From: Octopus sinensis | Lineage: Eukaryota | DNA length: 15,090 bases | Reading direction: 5' to 3' | NCBI RefSeq assembly: GCF_006345805.1 | Contig: NW_021825606.1 | Coordinates: 1 to 15,090, forward strand | Shown: positions 1-8,970 of the stretch, piece after piece | Layout: each line of letters begins with the position of its first letter | Numbering within the stretch: the stretch's first letter is position 1 | Program-made: the position numbers and the translations under genes | Notes under the pieces: generated by a model | What the model saw: the letters and a program-made list of their open reading frames with translations, nothing else | Told to the model about the DNA's origin: nothing | Database searches by the model: none

Positions 1-898
1 TGAATTTCAAGATGTTCAGGAGTTCTACACAGCATAGTTGGCATCCTGCTCTGTTATTTAAATAGGTGCAGCTGATCCGATGATGGACCATCGAGTTTGA
101 AGCCTATGCTTTGTCTTTTAATTCCCAAATTCTTTTAGAGAGGGAGGTGCTGTTTAGCCTTATGTCTGTGTCTCAGCGAGGACCGGTGGTTGTATATCTG
201 GATTCTCCAGGAGGTTGAGCAACCATATAGGTGAGTGTGTTAAACTGATACTCCCTCACATGAGTATATTACGTTTTTCGCCCTACTGCGCCCTGCAGCG
301 GGCACTCTGATGCACATCTGCGGTTGCATTGCATTGCATTATTCGGTCGTGTGCTGCTAATCCCAGGCGGAGGTGTTGCAATACGAGTTGGTATCCTCCT
401 GGTTGTTGATGGGTGTAGTATTTCCTCTGTTTGTGTTGCGTGTTGTTATTACTAACTGTTTGGGTAGTATGGCTGTCAGTCTGGTTATATTGTCTACTGT
501 CTAGATGAGGGGGGTTCTGTTGGTCCGCTATGGTTTGCTCTTGATCTAGCTGTTCTAATATTAATATAGTTATGTTTAGCTATGAGGCAGCTCATGTTGG
601 CAGGGTAGAGTAGGAAATCCTAATAGTTTTTGTTGGAGAAGATACTTCTATACGTGTTGGTGGTGGGAATTTGTTGGAAATTATAGAGAATATTCTCTTA
701 CATAACTTACCCCTAACTGCTAAGTTGAAAGGTATGTTGAACAATATATTTGCGTAATCTACTATTATCCCTTCTATTCTCCTAATAGGATCTATATGGT
801 TCTCGTCGGGAGGGTTACTATTGTGTGCTGTTCTATTAGTTCGCCTATTTCCTATACGTTGTTTGGAGTTTAGATTAGAATTATCGCTAGTGTGAGTG
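1..898 (-). mobile_element. Penelope-like retroelement fragment (RT-EN linker + GIY-YIG endonuclease), frameshifted, runs off the window start
   Basis: Minus-strand translation across frameshifts gives FNIPFNLAVRGKLCKRIFSIISNKFP..YRSIFSNK..TIRISYSTL..NMSCLIAKHN, then the reverse complement of the GIY-YIG region. This matches the PLE pattern WFNPPF..KF..IFN..TIKISYSC.PNM..II..HN as I recall it. Confidence 0.85.
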
Positions 899-1431
899 AG
901 AGCAAAACATAGCGACCAACAGAACCCCCCTCATCTAGCCAGTAGACAATATACCAGACTGACAGCCATACACCCAAACGTTAGTATAACACCCGCCAAC
1001 ACAACAGAGGAATACTACACCCATCAACAACCAGGAGGATACCAACTCGTATTGCAACACCTCCGCCTGGGATTAGCAGCACACGACCGAATAATGCAAT
1101 GCAATGCAACTGCAGATGTGCATCAGAGTGCCCGCTGCAGGGCGCATGTAGGGCAAAAAACGTAATATACTCATGTGAGGTGAGTACTCAGTTTAACACA
1201 CTCACCTATATTGGTTATCAACCTCCTGGAAATCCATACTACACCACCGGTCCTCGCTGAGACACGACAAAGGCTAACAGCACCTCCCTCTCTAAAAGAA
1301 TTTGGGAATTAAAAGACAATGCATAGGCTTCAAACTCAGATGGTCCATCATCGGATCAGCTGCACCTTATTTTAATAACAGAGCAGGATGCCAACTATGC
1401 TGTGTAGAACTCCTGAACATCTTGAAATTCA
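1..1431. repeat. Long inverted repeat: arms 1-541 and 899-1431, spacer 542-898
   Basis: Direct comparison: tgaatttcaag (1-11) vs cttgaaattca (1421-1431), and ctatggtttgctct (528-541) vs agagcaaaacatag (899-912), with continuous similarity between. Confidence 0.95.
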
Positions 1432-1530
1432 AAGACAAACACAATCTTATTACAAAGGTCAGAGTTCAAACCATCCTGTATACATAAACTTATTAATACT
1501 TTCAAATACTACATGCTTAGGTCTTTACCA
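899..1530 (+). mobile_element. Penelope-like element, 5'-truncated inverted copy: GIY-YIG endonuclease C-terminal part (pseudogenic)
   Basis: 1105-1215 reads CNCRCASECPLQGACRAKNVIYSCEVSTQFNTLTYIG (VIY..YIG motifs). After frameshifts it continues SLSKRIWELKD and FKLRWSIIGSAAPYFNNRAGCQLCCVELLNILKFKDKHNLITK. 899-1431 is the reverse complement of 1-541. Confidence 0.9.
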
Positions 1531-1592
1531 CTCCCCCATGCATTTCCTCCCACCCGGTGCAACCTGTCGCTCCAGCACATCCCGCTTTCCTA

Positions 1593-3260
1593 TATGTGCG
1601 TGTGTATGTGTGTGTGTGTGTGTGTGCGTATGTATGTGCACATACGTGTACGTATGTGTACATACATATATATACACATGTGTGTGTGGTGTGTGGGTGT
1701 GTGTATGTGCATATACGGTTCCCTGCATTTTCCCCCCTATATATACAAATTTTGTCTCCCATATATGACTTCTTTTCCCTAAATATTTCTTCTCCTACAC
1801 CCAATCCTCCCTATGTAGTCTCTTTAATTCCCTATAATCTATACCCTTTCACATTTCTAACTCAGATGTTGAACGCACACCCCAAACTCCACTTCCCACC
1901 CTTCCAATTTTCAGTCCCCCCCGCCCGCCCCTACGTTTAACACACCCCTCTAACTTTCAACCACCTCCATCTCATGTTAACTTTACAAAATTATATTTTT
2001 TATCTTATTTTATTTCATTTTTATTTTTACTTTTATTTTTACTTTTATCTACTTCCATTTATTTTTATTTTTAATTTTATTTTTACTTTTATTCTACTTC
2101 CATTTATTCTCATTTTCATTTTCATCCCTTACCTTAACTCTTATAATTTTTATAATTCTTATACTTCATTTCTAACTATTACATTGTATTTCTTATTTTA
2201 TACTGTATTTTTTATTCTAATCTTTACCCTTACCCTCATTCTTACCCCTAACTTATCGCTTTACACCTCTTATATGTTTATTTACTTACCTATGGATCCA
2301 TCTTTTGAATATACGAGCGTCCGCGTACGTGTGTATATCATACATACAATGCACGCGCATATATGTACATGCATACTTCGATATCTTAGTAGCTATCCCT
2401 GTGCGCGTGTGTCTCTCTGTGTGTGTATGTGAGTGTTATTGTGCACGCACATACGGACACACGCCGTGTGTGCGTGCGCGTATTGACATGAGTACGGGAT
2501 TCTTTACTTACGTTCTTATACACATCCTTTAATATCTTATACCTGGACCTAGAGGCGTGGGCATATACGTGTGTGTATGTAGTGATGGGCGCGCGTATAT
2601 ACATGTGAGCGTGTACGCGCGTAATGTCCGTGTATATATGCGGATATTCTGGTGTATGTATGTGTGTGTACGCGCGTGCGTGTGGGTGCGTGTGTGTTTA
2701 TGTACGTGTTTACACGCGAGTGCGTGTGTATGCTTATATGCTTGGAGGCGTATATGTACGCGTGTATGTGGGTGTATGTATCCATGATGATATGTATGTA
2801 CTAGAAGTCCATTTAATTCAAGGAACCAGATTAAATGCTCATCAGCTCTGATTTACAACGCATTAAGTCCCCAGACGAAACTGTTGATTTACTGTTGATT
2901 TACTGACAATTCTACAACTAAATTTTATCAATCTCCTGACCACCATGCCTGGTCCATAACCTCTATACATCCCTTATCTTTACATTCTTTTACACTTTTA
3001 TCATGGTTTTATCAGATTTTTTTACTTTTATTTCTATTTCTATTTTTACTTTATAACCTTATGCCTTTACATTTATTTACATTTCTTTATATTTCTTTAT
3101 ACCCCCTTTACATCTCCTTACAACTCTTTATATCTTTATCCTCTACATTTTTATATTATTCTATACTTACACTTTTTATACATTTTTTATCCCTCGTCCC
3201 GAACTCTCGCCCCTCCACCTTCACCTCTATATATGTATTTATTTATTTACATTACCTCAA
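1593..3260. repeat. Simple-repeat / low-complexity tract: (TG)n 1593-1711, T-rich 1975-2290, degenerate alternating purine-pyrimidine 2300-2790, T/C-rich 2960-3260
   Basis: Visible dinucleotide and T-rich runs; the source of many spurious ORFs (CVCV, HTHT, FYFY). Confidence 0.9.
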
Positions 3261-3387
3261 CATCCAATTTTCCTCATTCTACATTGAGAGAAGAAAGAGA
3301 TGGACGCTTCAATTCTATGCTGCTGCCGCATTATGTCGTACGTGAATGAGAGGATTTGCATCCCCAACCAAGAATTTTTTGATGTAA

Positions 3388-3511
3388 CACATGTCCTTGC
3401 GGAAGCTGTTTGTGCGGACTGAAGAAGGCCCACAGACTACATTATGCATTGTTATAAATCTGTCTAATAAAGGCCCGAAACATATGTACCGCTGAATCCT
3501 TCGCATCATGT
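3388..3511 (+). ncRNA. Type I hammerhead ribozyme, Penelope-type (short palindromic stem III)
   Basis: Core CTGAAGA 3419-3425 and GAAA 3477-3480. Stem II GGCC 3427-3430/3472-3475, plus inner ACAGA/TCTGT. Stem III is the palindrome ACATATGT 3480-3487, with a GUA triplet at 3486-3488. Stem I GCGG 3414-3417/CCGC 3489-3492, extended by TGCG(G)AAG/CTTCGCA and ACATG/CATGT. Non-canonical points: extra A3418 and an A.C mismatch at the base of stem II. Confidence 0.72.
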
Positions 3512-3530
3512 TTTATTTTATTTTGATCAA

Positions 3531-3560
3531 TTTATATATATATATATATATATATTTATA
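3531..3560. repeat. (TA)n microsatellite, probable 3' end of the Penelope-like copy
   Basis: tatatatata... run just downstream of the hammerhead. Confidence 0.8.
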
Positions 3561-4037
3561 TTTGAGTCTGTCTCTGTGTATGTGTGTGTGCAAGCGCATT
3601 AATTTCCAGTGGGAGTCTTTACCTACTTCTACCACCACCCCACCACCACCTCACGTTTAAACAACCACCTCAACAGTTTTATGAACCTCTTATTAATTAT
3701 AGCAACATCAAAAGTATACTTTAGAATTTCATCTTATTCTTCTTTACTAGTCTTGATCTTTTAATCAGTGTTCACTCGTGTTCAGCTCCCCTAAAACTTA
3801 CTATAGTTAGGAATACAGGTAGTTAAGCTGAAACAATCTATTTAGGACATCTTTATCCTGTCAAGAACACCTTCTCATAGCAACATCTAGAGGATCTTAC
3901 GAAGGTTGATTTTACGGGCAAACATCAAATGTACATGATCAGTTTGATCAAGTATACAGTAGAAAACAATAATGACACATTGATATCCATCCTGATTTTC
4001 ATGTAAATTTTCATTTTCTATTTTTACTTCCACAAAG

Positions 4038-4247
4038 GGTTCTGTTCAGTTGGATATTCAAAACAATCAGAAAAGGACACCATTGCTTGAAGCCGTTTCC
4101 CAGGGTCACCTCGGAATGACACACCTGTTAATAGCCCTGGGTGCAGACATAAATGCTGTTGATGGTGAAGGTAACAGCTGTTTGCACCTAGCCATGGCAA
4201 CAGAAGTGTTTAATTCCGAGGATGCACCCTTGGATTTACTAAACGAA
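4038..4247 (+). CDS. MIB2: MIB2-like E3 ligase, internal ankyrin-repeat exon (phase 0-0)
   Basis: Polypyrimidine tract + AG (4036-37), GTAAGT at 4248. 210 nt: GSVQLDIQNNQKRTPLLEAVSQGHLGMTHLLIALGADINAVDGEGNSCLHLAMATEVFNSEDAPLDLLNE. Ankyrin TPL..A/G..LHLA motifs; resembles the last ANK repeats of Mind bomb 2. The symbol means family-level likeness, not proven orthology. Confidence 0.9.
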
Positions 4248-4264
4248 GTAAGTTTTAAATTGTT

Positions 4265-4342
4265 TGTGTATATACATGCGTGTGTGTCTGTGTGTATGTG
4301 TCTGTGTGTGTCTGTGTGTGTGAGTGTGTGTGTGTCTGTGTG
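4265..4342. repeat. (TG)n/(TGTC)n microsatellite
   Basis: Visible repeat run. Confidence 0.9.
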
Positions 4343-4893
4343 ATTTTTATATTTGGGAGTCTTTGTGGGAGTGTGGAGAGAAGAGACGCAGACAGACAAA
4401 CTTTGCTTGTCATGTATCAATTCTCCCCCTATCAACCCCATCCTCCATTACCATTCCGTAATCCAGTCTCCCCTTATGACCCGAGTGATATTATGTAACA
4501 AACAATATTCCATCTCCTTTCACTCTCAAAGATGTCGTCTGACCACGGTCGAGAGGTGACCCATCTCGGTTGTTGGCCATATAAACACAGCCATCACAAT
4601 GTGACGGAGAAGTGGCCTATTTAATAGAGGAGATATTATTCTCAATTAACAATGATGCAGGATAGAAGAGATGTCTGAGCTTTATAGTGCTGGTGCCATG
4701 GTAAATACCTCCAGTCCATTCTATGAAGAATTCTGAGTGAAACTGCTCTCTATCCTACTTCTTGTACCCGACATGAATCCACTGCCTTCTTGTGGACATG
4801 TCATAACATTGTTCAATGTTAAGACACTAGAGAATGAATACAAAAAATCATGGTCCTTAGAGAGTTTTCCTGTATTTAAGTTCTGTACTTAGG

Positions 4894-4945
4894 TACACAC
4901 ACACACACTCACACACACACACTCACACAGACAAACACACACAAG
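4894..4945. repeat. (CA)n microsatellite
   Basis: Visible repeat run. Confidence 0.9.
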
Positions 4946-5869
4946 TAGTGATTTTGAGTTTGAGTATATATCTTGTAAAATGCTGTTTAAAGCCCGTTTA
5001 CTGTATTCGGCTATCTGATGTCATCAACAGTATGGACTTCAATACTACTGGACTTTTTACTGTCATCTCATAAATAAAGCAGTTTTTTATAATTCTTATA
5101 TTTTTCAAAATTAAGATAAACAAAGTACTTTTTTCTGTTAATCTAAAACATATTCTCCTTCATTTTCTACAATGCTCTTCCATCTTTCTGCTAGACTTGC
5201 AAGTCGCCTCTTCCAAAATTCACTTGTCCGTGATTAAAAATACTCCTCCATTACTCTTCTGACTTGACACTAATTCCTGCTTCCTTTACTTTACCGTCAT
5301 CATTCAAAGATGCTTCTTGCTTAATTATGGAAACATTATTGATATGTTTGGTCATGTCTGTGTGGTATTGACTTTGTTATGTTATATGTGTTTTTGTTTC
5401 TGATATAACTTATGTTCTTTCTTCTCATGTTGTGTTATATTTATATATACAATACTCTTTCTTATGGCCACATGTTCGCCTTTATCAAACCAATTATATA
5501 GATAGGTTCTTGTTGGTTTGTTCTTCCTATATTTGATTTTTCTATTGAATATATTGTGATATTTGTGATTGACAAGTAAATATTTACTCATTAATTAACA
5601 ATAAGCTTGATGTTAATCAATACGGTTTCTCCTGCTCAATGTAATGACAATATATTTAGAGAGTGTCTCAGTGTTGAAAATAAAGTAAAAACATGAAAAT
5701 TGGAAATGGACTCAATTAAAGATTATGTAGGAACTCAATACTTTGTAATTGCTTTAATTGGTGGATAAACAACCTATGAGTAAATTTAGATAAACTTTTG
5801 TGTAATTAGGGGCATTTGCTTTGAATATTTGTGTAATATTGTCATCATTTTATATTTCATCATTTGTAG

Positions 5870-6045
5870 TGCTGTACTGCCCTTAACCTGAAAAAGAAGG
5901 AAAGGCTCTCTGGTGTAGTGGTTGCGAGATATCTCGCCAACCAGGGAGCTGACTTTCACCATAAAAACAACAACAATAACACACCATTGGACCTCATTAA
6001 GGACCCAAATTTGAGAAAAAAATTAGAAGCATTTTTACCACCACA
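5870..6045 (+). CDS. MIB2: MIB2-like E3 ligase, terminal ankyrin exon (phase 0-2); missed by the ORF track
   Basis: TGTAG acceptor (AG 5868-69), GTAAGT at 6046. 176 nt: CCTALNLKKKERLSGVVVARYLANQGADFHHKNNNNNTPLDLIKDPNLRKKLEAFLPP(Q). Resembles Mind bomb GADL..N..G.SPLDL..DPNL. Its phase exactly bridges the 4247 and 8512 exons. Confidence 0.9.
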
Positions 6046-6865
6046 GTAAGTATTTCCTGGCAATGGAACAGATAAACCAGTACATTTTCTATTTTGTATA
6101 TAATCATGTTTATATGTTTATTTCGTTTTAATTCTACCAATACATTATACTGTCGCTAGTGTTTTTGTCAAAGGCCACACAATAAACAATATGCAGTTGT
6201 CAGGAGATCAAAGAAAGAACATGATTTTGATTACATTCACATGATTCGTAGTGTTGCCAGTTATACTTCACTGTCCATCACCACCTACCCCTCTTCGTTC
6301 CCTATTTTAAAGATTTGTGATCAATAGGAAAATATAGATCTAAATAATGAAGTGAATGAATTCCATTTTGAAACTGTTACTTAGAATTAAGTGGAATTTA
6401 TCTGTCTACCAACATCTTTTTCTCACTCTTCTAAGTCCGAATCAGTCAATATTAAGAATGATTTCATAGAAAAATAACCTACAAACACACACCAACTGTG
6501 TATATATTATATTTCTGCAAATACTGATGGAATATTGCCACATATCTTCATAGAAAAAAAAAGCTGTCAGGAAACGTAAATAATTCAAGTAACACATATA
6601 CCATTACTAGGTGCTTTAGTCGCCTTTGACTCCCTTATTTTATAAGATTTGGCAATTTCTTTGCCATACATCTCTCTGTATGAGCTACTTAAGAAGCAGG
6701 CACATTTCCCCCTAAGTGAATATACAAAACTTTCTTTGTTGAAATTCAGATATTGTTTATAGATATTGATTTTTGGACTGTATAAATATTGTTCTGCTTT
6801 ATTCAATTGACACGCTTCAGAAGATTTTATTTGTTTTTACAAATAATCGTTTATGTGAATGTTTT

Positions 6866-6905
6866 AATAATAATAATAATAATAATAACGATAATAATAA
6901 TAATA
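6866..6905. repeat. (AAT)n microsatellite
   Basis: aataataataat... run. Confidence 0.9.
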
Positions 6906-6906
6906 T

Positions 6907-7395
6907 GTCTACAGAGCGCAGCTGATATTATTGGAAAGGGACAAAATAAGGGACAGAAAACTAGAACTACATGCACGATACATATAATAAAGCCTCCCAA
7001 AATCATGGTGGAAAATATCTCATCAGCATTGCCCAAATGATGTTGGCATCAGCTTTAAGATATACCCAATGCCTGGGCCCCGTATTATCTGCCCACAACA
7101 TAAATCAAACTCGCATCACATAACAACAATACGGCAAAATTATTTCACCTCAAGTGGCCCCGCTCCATTTAGCATTACACCAAAATACATTAAAGCAGAA
7201 AAAGACCCCCATAAAGTTCAAGAAGTATTTGGAAAAATCCTTCAAGAAATCCCGGATAAAACTCCAACACCAGGATATGTCCCCGTAAACAGCAACTCTC
7301 TCCTCGAGTGGGTCATGTTGTCCGCATCCTGATTCGCCCGGTAGTGGGATTACGTTAAACATGACCTGCGCTAATGCTGGCGCGACCTATCATGC
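6907..7395 (+). mobile_element. CR1-like LINE 3' end (degenerate ORF2 C-terminus + 3' UTR, (TA)n tail)
   Basis: With stops and frameshifts it reads ..CPNDVGISFKIYPMPGPRIICPQHKSNSHHITTIRQNYFTSSGPAPFSITPKYIKAEKDPHK/FKKYLEK/ILQEIPDKTPTPGYVPVNSNSLLEW*. This matches, from recall, the CR1-clade tail pattern GP.LFN.LP..I...FK..LDKFL..IPD.P..PGY...SNSL. Confidence 0.75.
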
Positions 7396-7438
7396 ATACA
7401 TATATATTATAATATAATATTATATATATATATATATA

Positions 7439-7729
7439 TCACGTGATCACGTGACCGACCAGTCCATCAGATGTAGTTACACATCGCCGGTCACAATGCG
7501 TTCGCATTGTTTTAGCCTTCGAATGACGCCACCCCACTGGCTAAGCGAGCAGGCCAACAGAAGAAAGAGTGGTGAAAGAGTACAGCAGGGATCACCACCC
7601 CCTGCTGGAGCCTCGTGGAGCTTTTAGATGTTTTCGCTCAATAAACACTCACAACGGCAAGTCTGGGAATCGAAACCATGATCCTACAACCGCGAGTCCG
7701 CTGCCCTAACCACTGGGCCATTGTACCTC

Positions 7730-7732
<3 letters not shown>
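7439..7732 (-). mobile_element. tRNA-derived SINE (~295 bp) flanked by (TA)n/(CA)n
   Basis: The minus strand begins GTGGAGGTACAATGGCCCAGTGGTTAGGGCAGCGGACTCGCGGTTGTAGGATCATGGTTTCGATTCCCAG: A box TGGCCCAGTGG and B box GGTTTCGATTCC at tRNA spacing. It ends in a GTCACGTGATCACGTGA tail running into (TA)n. Confidence 0.85.
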
Positions 7733-7777
<45 letters not shown>

Positions 7778-7807
7778 CCTCCACATATATATATATATGA
7801 TAGATAT

Positions 7808-8110
7808 ATCATCATCATCATCATCATCGTTTAACATCCGTTTTCCGTGATAGCACGGGCTGGACGAAAATATATATAAGTAATATTCGTAGGCACGCCA
7901 ACATGAGTATCTGTTCGGATGGACTCTACTGCGAATGTTTAACCCCAAGAGAACACCTCCTCTAGCTAATTAACAATGCAAAGGTGCATCCGATTAATTG
8001 CGAGCAGGGGATCGAACCCCTACCATCTTATAGCAACAGAACCAGCAGACCAGGTCTGGTTTCGGGCTATTCCTGCCACTCTTCAGTACTGGACACCTCA
8101 TCTGCTAATC
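7808..8110 (-). mobile_element. Hammerhead-headed short retroelement (candidate retrozyme / ribozyme-SINE) with a (GAT)n tail
   Basis: Minus-strand order: hammerhead (8107-8031), hairpin containing GTTCGATCC (8023-8004), long hairpin (7999-7968), tail hairpin CCGTG-CTAT-CACGG (7858-7845), AAAACGGATGTTAAAC(GAT)n. The tail is homologous to that of the SINEs at 12106 and 14583. That these parts form one element is inference. Confidence 0.6.
8031..8107 (-). ncRNA. Type I hammerhead ribozyme with GUC cleavage site (cut between 8048 and 8047)
   Basis: Minus strand: CCAGTA-CTGAAGA-G(T)GGC-AGGAATA-GCCC-GAAA-CCA-GACC-TGG-TC-TGCTGG. Core CUGAAGA/GAAA/UH intact. Stem I 6 bp (one G.U), stem II 4 bp with a bulged U, stem III 4 bp + tetraloop. 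Distal stem I TAGCAGA pairs with TCTGTTGCTA. Confidence 0.88.
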
Positions 8111-8289
8111 TGTGGAGACAGGATGTATATAATAAAGTATGTGTATATAAAGAAACCTCTGTAGATATATTTGTTCAGAAGAAATGAGTTCGATGTTAGA
8201 AGTGAAATATATTTCTGGAATATATGCAGTTCACTGTGTGTCAACCAATTTCTATGATGTATCAGGGTCAAGACAAACATTTATCAATG

Positions 8290-8332
8290 TATGTATGCAT
8301 GTGTGTGTATGTATGTGTGTGTGTGTGTGTGT
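8290..8332. repeat. (TG)n/(TATG)n microsatellite
   Basis: Visible repeat run. Confidence 0.85.
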
Positions 8333-8511
8333 TTCTGCGTCATTTAACTACACAAAATGCTGTATGTATGTAAATATTTAAAGAAGAGTTTCTGCTCTAC
8401 TCTTGGTAGTTACTGATGTATCTTATAATATTCTCTATTCCGAACATGTAAATAATGTAATATTTGTTATAAATGAATGTTATTGATTGGATGTTTCTGT
8501 TTTGTCCACAG

Positions 8512-8651
8512 ATGTTTGTTGCGCAGAAATAAAGAGGCCACAACAAAAGTTCATCCCTGTGAACACCTTCTGACATGTGAAGAATGTTCAAACGTTCCAC
8601 TTAAACGATGCCTGAGGTGTTTGAAACCTGTAACAAGCAGAGGTCGAGTTG
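8512..8651 (+). CDS. MIB2: MIB2-like E3 ligase, RING-HC exon (phase 2-1)
   Basis: CACAG acceptor (AG 8510-11), G|GTAAGA donor at 8652. Encodes CLLRRNKEATTKVHPCEHLLTCEECSNVPLKRCLRCLKPVTSRGRV, with MIB-type C3HC4 spacing and PCxH...CEEC...KxCxxC; ligand 2 is Arg. Confidence 0.9.
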
Positions 8652-8970
8652 GTAAGAATATTCTTTGCTGATCTGTCTGTTTGTCCTGCTTGTCCCATTG
8701 CCCTTATTGTGTAGAATAATATACTTCATGTTGTTATGTAGACAGAGGTCTGCCATAATCTGGCAGATTTATGATAAAAGGTGTTCCTAGTGTCTGTTCT
8801 CTGTAATAGTATATCTCTCACACTACATCCACTAAACATTGACCTTATCCAAGTAGGAAACATGTCACACTTCAAGAGGGTTGTAGTCTGCAACATAAAG
8901 ATAATGGACGATTCTGCAAGATAATTAGTGAGTAACTGAAGTATCAATAAATCTCCATCAACTCTATAAT

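Noticed and set aside
1388-2851. Many ORFs rich in CVCV/HTHT/FYFY in the ORF track
   Set aside because: Translations of (TG)n, (CA)n and T-rich repeats; no splice or codon evidence.
2800-2885. Minus-strand CTGATGA (2845-2839) followed by an 8-bp hairpin CATTTAAT/ATTAAATG; nearby + strand GACGAAAC
   Set aside because: No GAAA after the stem and no stem I/III on the minus strand; the + strand GAAAC has no CUGANGA partner. Not a supportable hammerhead.
5962-5980. KNNNNNT poly-Asn run in the ankyrin exon
   Set aside because: Short and at the normally Asn/Lys-rich ankyrin beta-turn; unremarkable.
6585-6806. Minus-strand 73-aa ORF and other short intronic ORFs (5382, 8726, 9502, 11472)
   Set aside because: No recognisable domain; AT-rich intron, antisense to the gene.
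7020-7026. Minus-strand CTGATGA inside the LINE remnant
   Set aside because: No downstream GAAA or stems; chance match.
7650-7732. tRNA-like A/B boxes as a tRNA gene
   Set aside because: No complete cloverleaf; continues into a SINE body with a microsatellite tail.
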